Assembly (NCBI GenBank): GCA_963718525.1
Contig: OY970355.1
Location: forward strand, 352,001-416,000
DNA: 64,000 bases
Source of the DNA: Candidatus Dormiibacterota bacterium
GTDB lineage: Bacteria; Chloroflexota; Dormibacteria; Aeolococcales; Aeolococcaceae
Direction: 5' to 3'
Part shown: positions 9,519 to 19,385 of the stretch, piece after piece
How positions within the stretch are numbered: the stretch's first letter is position 1
How the letters are laid out: every line of letters begins with the position of its first letter
Position numbers and translations under genes: made by a program
Notes under the pieces: generated by a model
Seen by the model: only the letters and a program-made list of their open reading frames with translations
What the model was told of the DNA's origin: nothing
Databases searched by the model: none

Positions 9519-10686
9519 CCGGTCGCCGGGTCTCCGTCGAATCGCCGCGGCCGCCGGCCTGGCTCTGCTCGTCGCAGCCTGCGGATCGCCGACGAAATCA
9601 ACGGCAACACCGACGCCCGTGGCCACCCCGACCGTGGCGTTGGTCACCGGAACACCGTCACCGACAGCCAACGCCTGTGTGGCGCAATCCGGTGAGCCCG
9701 CGCCGAGCGGCTCCATCCCGGCCAACTTCGCCACCGCCCTGGCATTTGCACCGGACGGGAGGCTGTTCTGGGCCGAGCGCTCAGGCACCGTGCGGGTCTG
9801 GCAGAACGGTGCATCCAGGGTCTTCGCGAGAGTCAGGACGGTCACCACCGAGTCGAACGGCACGTACAGCGAGCGAGGCCTGCTTGGTCTGGCCATCAGC
9901 CCGACGTTCACAACCGATCGGTATGTGTACGCCTTCTATTCAGACGCGAACTACCGAACGCAGCACGTGATCCGCTGGTATGACTGCGACGGCACCGGGG
10001 CACATCCCGCCATCATCGCCACCTTCCCCGCGGGAAACGACTGCTGCCACAAGGGCGGGCGCATCGCATTCGGGCCTGACGGCAAGCTCTACGTCACCCT
10101 CGGGGATGAGCACGACGCCCCCAGCGCGCAGAACGTCAACGATGTTCGTGGCAAGGTGCTCCGGTACAACCCGGACGGCACCATCCCCGCTGACAACCCC
10201 TTCGGCCCGGTAAATCCCGTGTGGGCGTATGGCCTGCGCAATCCGTTCGGCATCGCCTTTTCGGCGACCGGGCAGCTGGCGATCACCATGAATGGACCTT
10301 CCGGCGATGCGGGCAGCCCCAGCACCGGATACGACACCTTCTATCTGAACGTGACACGCGGCGCTCATTACCAGTGGCCCGGCTGCTACGGCTACAGCCA
10401 TCCGCTGGCGTCATCAACGTGCGACGGGGGACTGGCGCCGGACTGGAGCAGCGAGGCGAGCACGTATGTCCCAACCGGTGCGACATTCGTTGACGCCAGC
10501 GGGCCGGCCGGCTATGCGGGGCACCTGGTGTTCTGCACGTACTACAAGGGCATGGCGATCGCAACGCCCGGCAGTCCGCACGCCACGGTTCGCGTCGGAC
10601 CGTCCGCCTGCCGCTTCGACATCGTCGAAGGTCCGAACCACGCGCTGTATTACTCGGACGCGTACCGCATCTACGAGCTGGCATAG
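9487..10686 (+). CDS. PQQ-dependent glucose/sorbosone dehydrogenase-family lipoprotein
   Basis: Lipobox LVAAC, ERGLLGLA, HKGGRIAFGPDGKLYVTLGD, GKVLRYNPDG.IP.DNPF and AYGLRNPFG. Start uncertain. Confidence 0.88.
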   Translation: MTRSRSSRSADRSPGLRRIAAAAGLALLVAACGSPTKSTATPTPVATPTVALVTGTPSPTANACVAQSGEPAPSGSIPANFATALAFAPDGRLFWAERSGTVRVWQNGASRVFARVRTVTTESNGTYSERGLLGLAISPTFTTDRYVYAFYSDANYRTQHVIRWYDCDGTGAHPAIIATFPAGNDCCHKGGRIAFGPDGKLYVTLGDEHDAPSAQNVNDVRGKVLRYNPDGTIPADNPFGPVNPVWAYGLRNPFGIAFSATGQLAITMNGPSGDAGSPSTGYDTFYLNVTRGAHYQWPGCYGYSHPLASSTCDGGLAPDWSSEASTYVPTGATFVDASGPAGYAGHLVFCTYYKGMAIATPGSPHATVRVGPSACRFDIVEGPNHALYYSDAYRIYELA

Positions 10687-10820
10687 AGGAGATCGGTTCC
10701 GCGCGATTGCAGCGACCGACCAGTTGGACATCATCGATGAGCAACACTCGGGATGGAGTGTCACCAAGTCGAAAGGTTGAGGTCCCTACCCTCCTGTTGG
10801 ACGCACCCAGGAGGTCTGCG

Positions 10821-11060
10821 ATGGATCAGGACAACTTCATCGACGTTTTCCCGTCCGACGACCAGTCGCCGCGTCGCAGCTTCGGCGGTCTCGGTCGCGG
10901 GCCGGCCGCACTTCTGCTGGCAGCAGGCCTGCTGATCGGCGGAGGCATCAGCGGATTCCTCGCGGCGAACAGCGCCTCCTCACCAATCTCGACCTTGGCG
11001 TCCACCACGCCGGCAATCTCGCATTCGTGCCCGCACTCGGGCGGATCCACAGCGAACTGA
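10821..11060 (+). CDS. Small single-pass membrane protein
   Basis: AGGAGG RBS before MDQDNF; one hydrophobic helix (AALLLAAGLLIGGGISGFL). Confidence 0.55.
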   Translation: MDQDNFIDVFPSDDQSPRRSFGGLGRGPAALLLAAGLLIGGGISGFLAANSASSPISTLASTTPAISHSCPHSGGSTAN

Positions 11061-11175
11061 CGCTGCGGTCGCCGTGGGTCGAACCCCCGGGTGACCACCT
11101 TCCATAGCCTCCCTCCCAAGACGGCTCGCCCCCAAGGCGAGCCGTCGCTATATGTGTCGCGTCTACGATCCGCGG

Positions 11176-12693
11176 GTGTCCCCACGCGTGCTGCCCGCGG
11201 TCGTCTTCACCGCCGGAGCCTCCTCGCTGGCGACGGAGATCTGCGCGACCCGGTTGCTGGCTCCCTACTTCGGCCAGTCGACGGTGGTATGGGCGAACGT
11301 CATCGGCCTCATCCTCATCTATCTGTCAGTCGGGTACTGGCTCGGCGGGCGCATCGCCGACCGATATCCGACGCGGCGCGTTCTCGGCCTGATCCTCGTC
11401 GTCGCCGCGCTCTGCACGGCGGTGCTTCCCTTTGTCGCACGCCCGTTTCTCAACCTGGCATTGCAGGGCTTCGCCGCGGTGAGCGTCGGCACGGTGGTCG
11501 GATCCTTTCTCTCCACGCTGCTGCTCTTCTCGGTTCCGGTCACGCTGCTCGGCATGGCATCGCCGTTTGCGCTGCGCCTGGCATTGACCGACATCGACCG
11601 AGCAGGCCGCACCAGCGGACGCCTCTCGTCGCTCGCCACTGTTGGTGCCATCATTGGCACATTCGGGTCGGCCCTCGTGCTCATCCCAGGCGTCGGGACT
11701 CAGCGAACGCTCCTGAGCGCGGCGCTGCTCGTCGCGCTCGTGTCCATCCCATTGCTGGCGCGTCCGGCGCTCGCCGCGAGCGTGGTGATCGCCATGCTGC
11801 TGATCCTTCCACCGGGCCTGGTGAAGGAAACGCAGGGGACGCTCGCGGAGCGCGAGACGACGTATCAGTTCATCCAGGTCGTGCGCGAGGCGGATGGAAG
11901 GATCGTGATGCGGTTTGACGACGGCATCGCCGATCAGTCCGTGTATCGCACCAGCACCGCGCTGACCGGCGGCGAATGGGACATGCCACTCGTGGTACCG
12001 CCACTGCTTGGACGGTCGCTGCACCGGGTGCTCGTCATCGGCGATGCGGGCGGCACCACGGCGCGCGCTCTGGGCGCTGAGTATCCCGGCATCCACATCG
12101 ACGGCGTGGAGCTGGATCCGGTCGTGACGCAGCTGGCTCGCCAGTACATGGGCCTCGGCGCGATCCCCAACCTGCATGTCATCACCGCCGATGGACGCGA
12201 GTACCTCGAGACGACCTCACAGCGATACGACCTCATCGTGGTCGACGCCTACCGGACCGAGTACATCCCTTTCTACCTCGCCACCAAGGAATTCTTCTCG
12301 TTGGTCCGAGAGCACCTCAACGCAGGTGGAGGTGTCGCTCTCAACGTCGAACGCGTCCCCGGCAACAACGGGTTGGTCCAGGCGATCGCCGGGACGGTGG
12401 CCGCCGAGTTTCCTCAGGTGTGGGTGTGGCCCGCGCTGCATTTCAATGAGCTGGTCGTCGGCCTGTCCGATCGGATTCCGACCGCGTCACTCGGTCAGCG
12501 GCTGACCGCGCTGCCGGCGAACGTTCAGGTGCTCGCTCCGCTCGTGGTCGCGCAGGCGCACGTCGCGCCGCCGACCAGTGATCCGCTCACCGATGATCAA
12601 GCGCCCGTTGAATGGCTCACAGATCGAGCCATCCTTGCCTACATCGCGGCCGGCGGCGTTCTCGACGAGCAGCTCCTCCCGACCGCGCCGTGA
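11176..12693 (+). CDS. Fused membrane domain/spermidine synthase-like SAM-dependent protein
   Basis: EICATRLLAPYFGQSTVVWA membrane domain; VLVIGDAGG, VELDP, DGREYL and YDLIVVDAY methyltransferase-fold motifs. Confidence 0.88.
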   Translation: MSPRVLPAVVFTAGASSLATEICATRLLAPYFGQSTVVWANVIGLILIYLSVGYWLGGRIADRYPTRRVLGLILVVAALCTAVLPFVARPFLNLALQGFAAVSVGTVVGSFLSTLLLFSVPVTLLGMASPFALRLALTDIDRAGRTSGRLSSLATVGAIIGTFGSALVLIPGVGTQRTLLSAALLVALVSIPLLARPALAASVVIAMLLILPPGLVKETQGTLAERETTYQFIQVVREADGRIVMRFDDGIADQSVYRTSTALTGGEWDMPLVVPPLLGRSLHRVLVIGDAGGTTARALGAEYPGIHIDGVELDPVVTQLARQYMGLGAIPNLHVITADGREYLETTSQRYDLIVVDAYRTEYIPFYLATKEFFSLVREHLNAGGGVALNVERVPGNNGLVQAIAGTVAAEFPQVWVWPALHFNELVVGLSDRIPTASLGQRLTALPANVQVLAPLVVAQAHVAPPTSDPLTDDQAPVEWLTDRAILAYIAAGGVLDEQLLPTAP

Positions 12694-12858
12694 GCCTGGG
12701 CCGTCATATCTGACGTCCGATTGTTGCGATGCAGACTCTCCCACGAGCAATGCTTGCATCTCTATGACGTGTTTGGTAGTCTTACGACGTTCGGTTCTTT
12801 TGCACCGATCCGCGGGGAGACGGCCTTGAGGGATAGGGGGTCGCAAGCGCTCCTGGGT

Positions 12859-13632
12859 TCACGCTGAGCCCGGGAGCGCTTTGCGAAATCGAGCAACGCG
12901 CCCGATGTCGTCCATGCCCAGGCGCGCATACAGCTGCTGCGGCCAGTCGTCAGGATCCATGGTGAGAAACACCAGGCGGCGATCCGCCGTGAGCTCCAGC
13001 GCTCGCGTCACGACCGTGCGTGCGTGGCCGCGCCGGCGATGCTCCGGGACGGTCGCAACACTTTCGATCTGCGCGATGTCATCGATCATGTAGACCTCGC
13101 AGTACGAGACGACGGCGCCACCATCGATGGCGGCGAGATGCGTCGTTGGAACGCCTCGGGCGACCCGTTCCTGCTTCTCGCGCACCTGGGCAACAGCATC
13201 TGGAGTCGCCCAGGGTTCGTCGGCGAGAGATGCTGAGCGCGCTGGGCGCATCGAGATTGCGTCCACCACTCGCACCCTCGAGGCGTCGACGCGACGGTCC
13301 GGCTCACGACGTCGAATCATGAGGCCGAGCGGCTCCTCGAGCCATCCCGCCGCGCGGAATCCCGCCGTCAACGAATCGGTCTGGGCACACGAGACGTATT
13401 CCACTATGCGATTCGGCAGGCCGGATTGGATCTCGTCCGCGGCGGCGCTGACCTGCTCCACCGACATGCCGAATCCGTGCTCGAGGACGACCACGTGGTT
13501 CACGTCATAGACCTGGGGAAGTGAGCGGGCGCGGAACCACTCACCGCCAGGCCAGGTACCGTGATCGTCGCTGCCGAGCGCCTCGATCTGCCGCGCGTAG
13601 TCAACCGCTTCTGCAAACTCTGATTCGATCAC
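12859..13632 (-). CDS. GNAT-family N-acetyltransferase
   Basis: C-terminal IESVATVPEHRRRGHA acetyl-CoA motif and LYARLG. Confidence 0.85.
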   Translation of the reverse strand: MIESEFAEAVDYARQIEALGSDDHGTWPGGEWFRARSLPQVYDVNHVVVLEHGFGMSVEQVSAAADEIQSGLPNRIVEYVSCAQTDSLTAGFRAAGWLEEPLGLMIRRREPDRRVDASRVRVVDAISMRPARSASLADEPWATPDAVAQVREKQERVARGVPTTHLAAIDGGAVVSYCEVYMIDDIAQIESVATVPEHRRRGHARTVVTRALELTADRRLVFLTMDPDDWPQQLYARLGMDDIGRVARFRKALPGSA

Positions 13633-13675
13633 GTGCGCAGGCTATGGTAGATCTCCATGATGTAACCTCCGCACG

Positions 13676-15166
13676 GTGGAGGTTCCTGGAGAGCGTCCTA
13701 CCGTGCCTCGGTCCGACCGTCGCGCTTCCGTTGGTCTAGCGGCAGAATCGGCGGTCGCGTTGGTGCTGCTGCTGACCGTGTGTTTGTACGCGTATCTCGG
13801 TCGATTCACCAGTTATGTAGCGGACGACTACACCCTCAAGAATGACCTGACTGCGCAGGGTTACTGGGGCTCGCAAGTCTATGAGTATTTGCACTGGACT
13901 GGTCGATTCGCATACATCGCCACGATTGACGCCGCGCTTTCGCTGAATGAGTTCTTCGCTCGGCTGCTCCCCGGACTCCTCATAGTCATATGGGTGGTCG
14001 CCATCGCGGTGGCCCTGAAAGCCGTCGTTCCAACCATCGGCTGGCTCGCAAGCCTTGGGCTCGCGTCGGGAGCGGTGTTCACGACCGTACACATCACGCC
14101 GAGTCCATTTCTTTCCGTGTACTGGATGGCGGGATCGCTCGAATACACAGCGCCCTTGCTCCTCGGCACCGTGTTCGTTGCTCTCGCGGCGCCTCAGCGT
14201 CGGGCGGGCCGCGTGCGCATCGTCGTCGCCGCCCTGGTGGCATTTGTCGGCGGAGGGTTCAACGAGGCCTATGCGCTCGTTCAACTGATTCTGCTTGTGG
14301 TCATGCTGATTGCAACGGCATACCCAGCGTGGCCCGGCGTGCGTCGATCGCGCAGCGTGATCGTATCGGGTTTGGTGGGCGCCGTATTGTCACTCGTCCT
14401 CCTTGCGGCAGCTCCTGGTAACGGCGCCCGGTTCAACGTCATCACGGGGATCATCGGAACACGCCCAACATTCCTCGAATTGCCTGGTGTCACGTTGGGC
14501 TTCGCCTTCCAATTCCTCAAGGATGACCTCCTGGCACATTGGGGCGCCCTTCTGGCGATGGCTGGACTGGCTGCACTCGTCGCTTCGCGAACACCCTCCC
14601 CATCTCGCGCGAGCCCGAGCCGAGGGCTTCTGCTGCTCGTCCTTGTCGTCGTCGCCGCAATGGCGGCGCTCGTCGCATCTTTTGCCCCAACCGCGTATGT
14701 CGAAGCTCGCATTGCACCCGTCTACGGTCAAATCGTTCCGACGTATGTCGGAGTCGGCGCCATCGCAATCGTCGGTTGGGCGCTCGGTAAATACGTGCAG
14801 TCGTTGTTTGGGCGATATGGCGAAGACGGGACGCTGAGTCCCACATCGCTATCGAGGACAGCTGCCATCGCGTCCGTGGTACTTGCCTGTCTGATCGCAA
14901 TCGTCCCCATCCATAACGCGATCACGGTCTGGCAGGACCGGGGTGCGCTCCACTTCTATGCAGCCACGAAGGAAGCTCAAGCTGCCCTGGCGCGATCAGC
15001 CGCCGCTGCTGGGAGGCGATCCGTCATCGTGCCGGCGGTAAGCGCAGTCAACCTCGGCGTCTTCAGTCATCCCAGCACCGAGGAAATGCTCCCAGACCCC
15101 AAATGGTGGATCAACGTCGGCGAGGCCACGTACTACGGTGTGGGCTCAATCAGCGCTCAAGGCTGA
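13676..15166 (+). CDS. Polytopic membrane protein, DUF6056/GT-C-like (putative lipid-linked sugar transferase)
   Basis: ADDY after the first TM, YLHWTGRF, YWMAGSLEY, GGFNE and AAPGNGAR motifs; about 12 TM helices. Confidence 0.65.
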   Translation: MEVPGERPTVPRSDRRASVGLAAESAVALVLLLTVCLYAYLGRFTSYVADDYTLKNDLTAQGYWGSQVYEYLHWTGRFAYIATIDAALSLNEFFARLLPGLLIVIWVVAIAVALKAVVPTIGWLASLGLASGAVFTTVHITPSPFLSVYWMAGSLEYTAPLLLGTVFVALAAPQRRAGRVRIVVAALVAFVGGGFNEAYALVQLILLVVMLIATAYPAWPGVRRSRSVIVSGLVGAVLSLVLLAAAPGNGARFNVITGIIGTRPTFLELPGVTLGFAFQFLKDDLLAHWGALLAMAGLAALVASRTPSPSRASPSRGLLLLVLVVVAAMAALVASFAPTAYVEARIAPVYGQIVPTYVGVGAIAIVGWALGKYVQSLFGRYGEDGTLSPTSLSRTAAIASVVLACLIAIVPIHNAITVWQDRGALHFYAATKEAQAALARSAAAAGRRSVIVPAVSAVNLGVFSHPSTEEMLPDPKWWINVGEATYYGVGSISAQG

Positions 15167-15558
15167 TGCGGCCGCTCCCAAGAGCGTCGATCCGCGACCG
15201 AGCCAAGCCGCTTCGGCGTTTCCTGCTGATCAGGCACGCAGCCTAGTGTCGCCTTCCTGAACTAGCTTGCAGATTGCTCGAGGTGGCAGGACATGCCCAA
15301 CCGACAGATCGCGGCGAAGACCGCGAGCGCGTAGCGCATCGTCCAGCTATGGCGGTCGCGCCATGCGAGTAGCAGGCCGAAATCGCAGCTTATGACGAGT
15401 AAGGTGCGCTCGACGAGAACGCGGCGATCACCTCCGGTGCACCATCGGCTCGTCGCCTCGGTCGAGACGTTCGGACACCCCGGCGTACTAAGGTGCCGGA
15501 TAAGGCACACCGTCTTGGGTCGCCGAACGACAGATCGAGGCTAAGGGGAGAACATCGC

Positions 15559-15765
15559 ATGCGAGGAAACAGCGCACTCGCGATCCTGCTGGGGATCGTC
15601 GGCATCGCCTGCGTCGTGCTTGCCGTTATCTACTTGACGCTGAAGACCAACCTGTTCGCATCGGGCCACCCGATCCGGCACACCGAGCGAGCGATCGTCC
15701 TCATCATTGTTGCGGTCGTGTGCCTCGCTGCGGCCTACTTCGCCAGGCCACGACGCATCGCCTGA
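15559..15765 (+). CDS. Small two-TM membrane protein
   Basis: AAGGGGAG RBS; two hydrophobic helices and a basic C-terminus. Confidence 0.6.
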   Translation: MRGNSALAILLGIVGIACVVLAVIYLTLKTNLFASGHPIRHTERAIVLIIVAVVCLAAAYFARPRRIA

Positions 15766-15787
15766 TACGCAGCACCCAAGGGGCCGC

Positions 15788-15985
15788 TCACGACCTCGGC
15801 GAGCGACCCCGGTGGTGTCGCTCGAAAGCCGCCAGGTCGCGAGACGCGACGAGCCAGTCCCGGCCCGCCTTCGCCGCGGGCAGATCGCCACGCTGGCAGA
15901 GGCGGCGCAGCCAGGATTGCTCGAGCCCGGTTCGCCGCGAGACCTCGACCAGGGTGAGGTAGCGATCGGTCCTCGAGCCACGCAT
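15788..15985 (-). CDS. Small excisionase/BldC-like helix-turn-helix DNA-binding protein
   Basis: YLTLVEVSRRTGL...WLRRLCQRGDLPAAKAGRDWLVASRDLAAF matches the HTH_17/Xis-like pattern. Confidence 0.75.
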   Translation of the reverse strand: MRGSRTDRYLTLVEVSRRTGLEQSWLRRLCQRGDLPAAKAGRDWLVASRDLAAFERHHRGRSPRS

Positions 15986-16149
15986 GCCAACGAGAATAGC
16001 CGAGAGGGATCCTCGAGGCCGTAAAGCGCGCGTCGCCACTGGGTAACGAGGAAGCACACACGCATGCGTGCACACGCTACCGTGTTGATCTGCTACTCTC
16101 CGCCCTCGCAGCAGCCAGGCTGTCGTGTCCGGCACCCCCATATCCCTTG

Positions 16150-16196
16150 AGCCGCCCGACGCCGAAGTTCCCTACCACGGCGAATCGGGCGGCTCG
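16150..16196. other. GC-rich hairpin in the intergenic leader
   Basis: GAGCCGCCCGA...TCGGGCGGCTC inverted repeat with an inner CGCCG/CGGCG pair. Confidence 0.4.
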
Positions 16197-16338
16197 TTCG
16201 TGTCCGCGGTCGGGACGCCCCAATGGGTTGTGCCCGTCCCTCACAACCCACCTGTGGCTTTGCTACTCTCCCGGCACGCTGAGGGACTGACACTGCCCCC
16301 AGGTCGCGGGGCCCAGTCCGAGAGGCCAGGGGTTACGG

Positions 16339-17778
16339 ATGTTTTGGAAGACTGCCCGCATTGCGGTTGTGCTCGGCGCTTGTGCCGTCCTGACGTCGGC
16401 GGTCGGCCTCGAGGCGGGTGGAGGCGGACTTCCCTCGGCCCCCGGTCTCGCACCCGGCCTTGGGATCGTTCAGCCTTCCGGGACGGTTCCGAGCAGTACA
16501 GCGCCGAGTGCTTACCCAAGGGGCACGAGCCGCCCCGGGTTCACCAATGGCCCAACTCCCAGCCCCATGGCTGCCGTGGTGACCACCACGCCTGCCACAG
16601 GCGGGACCCCACCGCCAGCGCCGGCAGGTGCCGCACCGCTGCCACAGCCGATTACCACCGTCACCAACTATGGCGCGGTGGGCAACGGCCACACCGACAG
16701 CACCAATGCGATCGCGAAGGCGATCGCGTTCGCCTCAGCGCGGGGCGGCACACTGTTCTTCCCTGCCGGGCACTACGTAGTCCATGGCACTGGCATCGGC
16801 TCGGCGATCGAGGTCCACAGCGGCCGCGCCCTCACCATCGCCGGCGCCGGGCGTGACCTCGTCACCATCACCAATATGAACGCGTCAGGGGGCCTGCTCA
16901 GCATCCAGGTCGACCACACAGTCGTCGAGAATCTGACGCTCGACGCGCAGACTGCCAACACACGACAGGCGCTCGGGGTCGTCGCCAACGACGTCATTGT
17001 TGAGAGCTGCCGAATTCTCGGGGGCAGTCAATTCTTCGCGATCTACTACGCCGGTCCGGGGGGCAGCTCGTCCGCACCGACGTACAACACGGGCAACCAG
17101 CTGATCAACGACGTCGTGAGTGACCTCGTCGACAACGACGGCATCTCCTGGTCGTTCCAGGAGAACAGCCTGATCGAGAACCTGCAGCACACCGGTTCGC
17201 GGCTTGCCCTCTACGTCGACAGGTACGTGACTGTCCAGAACGACACCTACCGGCCCGGCGCACAAGCGGGTGGTACTGCCGGCTTCTGGATCTCCGCCCC
17301 TTCCGACCACATCACGATCAACAACTTCACGAGCTACGGAATGGGCGGGATCATCTCAAACAATGGGAACTACATCAGCAGCAACATCACGATCTCGAAT
17401 GAGCGCTTGATGGTGCCGGGCAATACGCTGCGCGTCGATGCGGTGAATGGGCTGACCATCCGAGGATGCAATTTCGGTAGCGGCAGCACTCTTCTGTTCT
17501 CAGGCTCGCTGAGCACGACGTCGGTGGTGGTCGAGGATTGCCCCGCTCTCCCGATGATTCGTTTTCAGGGTAATGCCATCGTGAGAGCGGCGTTCCTCGC
17601 TGACACATATCCCGCGGTGGCATCGCCGGGTGCGGGCCACCTGCAGACCTTCTACAACTTCAACACGGCGCACCCGTCGTTTGACGTCAACGGTGGCGTG
17701 TGGGCGAATCAGGGCGGAGGGTTCTTCGACGGGACGGCTGCCGCGTACACGGTGACCAACCTCACCGGCTACCCCTGA
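16339..17778 (+). CDS. Exported right-handed beta-helix protein (pectate_lyase_3/GH55-like N-terminus), paralog 1
   Basis: Signal peptide and Pro/Thr linker, then VTNYGAVGNGHTDSTNAIAKAI...GGTLFFPAGHY and Asn/Ile-rich beta-helix repeats. Confidence 0.8.
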   Translation: MFWKTARIAVVLGACAVLTSAVGLEAGGGGLPSAPGLAPGLGIVQPSGTVPSSTAPSAYPRGTSRPGFTNGPTPSPMAAVVTTTPATGGTPPPAPAGAAPLPQPITTVTNYGAVGNGHTDSTNAIAKAIAFASARGGTLFFPAGHYVVHGTGIGSAIEVHSGRALTIAGAGRDLVTITNMNASGGLLSIQVDHTVVENLTLDAQTANTRQALGVVANDVIVESCRILGGSQFFAIYYAGPGGSSSAPTYNTGNQLINDVVSDLVDNDGISWSFQENSLIENLQHTGSRLALYVDRYVTVQNDTYRPGAQAGGTAGFWISAPSDHITINNFTSYGMGGIISNNGNYISSNITISNERLMVPGNTLRVDAVNGLTIRGCNFGSGSTLLFSGSLSTTSVVVEDCPALPMIRFQGNAIVRAAFLADTYPAVASPGAGHLQTFYNFNTAHPSFDVNGGVWANQGGGFFDGTAAAYTVTNLTGYP

Positions 17779-17799
17779 GGCTGCAGCCTCAGGGGTAGC
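17768..17799. terminator. Perfect 32-bp palindrome between convergent genes, likely bidirectional terminator
   Basis: GCTACCCCTGAGGCTG|CAGCCTCAGGGGTAGC overlaps the stop of 16339..17778 and lies just before the end of the convergent gene. Confidence 0.6.
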
Positions 17800-17817
17800 G
17801 AGCGAGCGCTCTGAGAC

Positions 17818-19260
17818 CTACTGGAACCAGCCCTCGACATCCACGACGGCGTTGATGTTGCCTAGAGCGTTGAAGATTTTGAAGTCACCAGGCGGTGCGC
17901 CCGTCGAGAGCACGACCGCCGTCAGGTTGGGGAGCACCTCACCAGCGTTGACGTTGACGTCAGAAACATTCGGCGGCGAGCTGAGATCGGCTGGATACAC
18001 ACTCAGGAACGTGAACGACGAGCCGACGACCGCGGTGAGATTCGCGACGATCGCCTTCGCGCCGGCCGCGATTCCATCCACGCCGGCCGCGGCCACGGTG
18101 ATTGTTCCGTGCCCGCCCAGCAGGTGCCCGGAGCATTGCGTGGTATTTCCGGAGCGCGTGTCGCAAATCCGCGTCGGCGAGGTGGCGACGTACTGGAGCC
18201 CGAGCGGTGTGGGGGGCGGGCCCTGGCCACCGAACCACCCGTTAGCATCGATGGCGAAATTGGCCTTGCCCGCGGCGTTGTAGACGCAGATGTACAGCGG
18301 CAGCGTGCTGGGGCCGAGAGCGACGAAGACTCGGTTAGCCTGGGCGGTTCCAGCGTTGACGTTGATGTTTGAGAACGACGGGGGGGGCTTCGTCCCTCCG
18401 TACTGACCGCATCCGCCAGTCGCCGTGTCCGCGAAGACGCTGAGGTAGGTGTTCGAGGTGCCGGCGATCGCTGTGAGATTGATGATCGCGTTCTCTTCCG
18501 TCCCATCATTCGGGATGAAGTCGTTGGGGGCGCAGGTGGAGGGCGTGCACCATGCGGGCTGCCCTGCGATCAACACCTTCACCGTGGAGTTCGGGCCGAG
18601 CGCGTGCGGCTTTCCGTCATTGAGGTTGTTGCACGCATTGGGTTCCTGGCCGGCACGCGTGTCGCAGACCCGAATCGGCGCGATCGGATGATATTCGCCA
18701 GCAGGAAGGCTCGCCGATGCGGGGGTGAAGTAGCCCTCGACGTCAGCGAGGACGTTGACCGTCCCCAATTCGTTGTAGATGGTGACAGCCCCTCCGGAGC
18801 TCAACTGGACCGTGACCGCATTGGCCACGACGGTGTTCGCCTGGAAGTTGAGATTGGAAGCAGTCGGCGGCTTGGAGAGGCCGGCAGGATAGACCGTCAA
18901 AAGGCTGAAAGAGGAGCCGAGGACCGCGGTCACGTTGAGAGCGACGGCCGTTGCTCCGAGCGGAACACTGTTCCCGGTCCCGGGGTCAACGTACCCTGTG
19001 ACCTGAAGGTTGAGCGATCCCTTCGGTCCGAGAGCGGAACAGTGGTTGGCACCACAGAAGTCCTTTCTCGTGTCCAGGATCCTGAACGTCGGTGAAATCG
19101 GCCGGTAGCTGCTCGCCGCCGACACCGTTGCGGTTTTGGGCGGAGCCCCAGTAGTCGCCTTCGCCGCAGCTGCGGCCGGGACCTGCTGTGCACCGAGAAC
19201 TGCCATCGTCGCCAGGATGCTGACCGCGGCGGTGATGCCGCTTCCCCTCTTGAAACTCAT
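17818..19260 (-). CDS. Secreted protein made of three R-x-x-DTR repeat domains
   Basis: Signal peptide, then three homologous domains beginning RILDTR/RVCDTR/RICDTR, each with NVTAV/NLTA and ending D(V/A)xG(Y/W)F. Confidence 0.8.
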   Translation of the reverse strand: MSFKRGSGITAAVSILATMAVLGAQQVPAAAAAKATTGAPPKTATVSAASSYRPISPTFRILDTRKDFCGANHCSALGPKGSLNLQVTGYVDPGTGNSVPLGATAVALNVTAVLGSSFSLLTVYPAGLSKPPTASNLNFQANTVVANAVTVQLSSGGAVTIYNELGTVNVLADVEGYFTPASASLPAGEYHPIAPIRVCDTRAGQEPNACNNLNDGKPHALGPNSTVKVLIAGQPAWCTPSTCAPNDFIPNDGTEENAIINLTAIAGTSNTYLSVFADTATGGCGQYGGTKPPPSFSNINVNAGTAQANRVFVALGPSTLPLYICVYNAAGKANFAIDANGWFGGQGPPPTPLGLQYVATSPTRICDTRSGNTTQCSGHLLGGHGTITVAAAGVDGIAAGAKAIVANLTAVVGSSFTFLSVYPADLSSPPNVSDVNVNAGEVLPNLTAVVLSTGAPPGDFKIFNALGNINAVVDVEGWFQ

Positions 19261-19385
19261 AGCGACGGATACTACACGGCCGGGACACAGCGCGTCAATT
19301 GCAGCAAACACCTAGAACCGGCCGACACGCCGGGAGGGAGCCCCTCGGACGACGTCACCTGTGCCTCTTGAGCATAATTGGAGTA

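Noticed and set aside
12694-12858. Lower-GC intergenic stretch as an ncRNA
   Set aside because: No recognisable RNA family motif or convincing structure by eye.
15262-15510. 82-aa minus-strand ORF as a real gene
   Set aside because: No clear RBS or motif; it could be a decayed fragment but cannot be supported.
15788-15985. Prophage or ICE marked by an excisionase
   Set aside because: No integrase, att-like repeats, tRNA or phage genes nearby.
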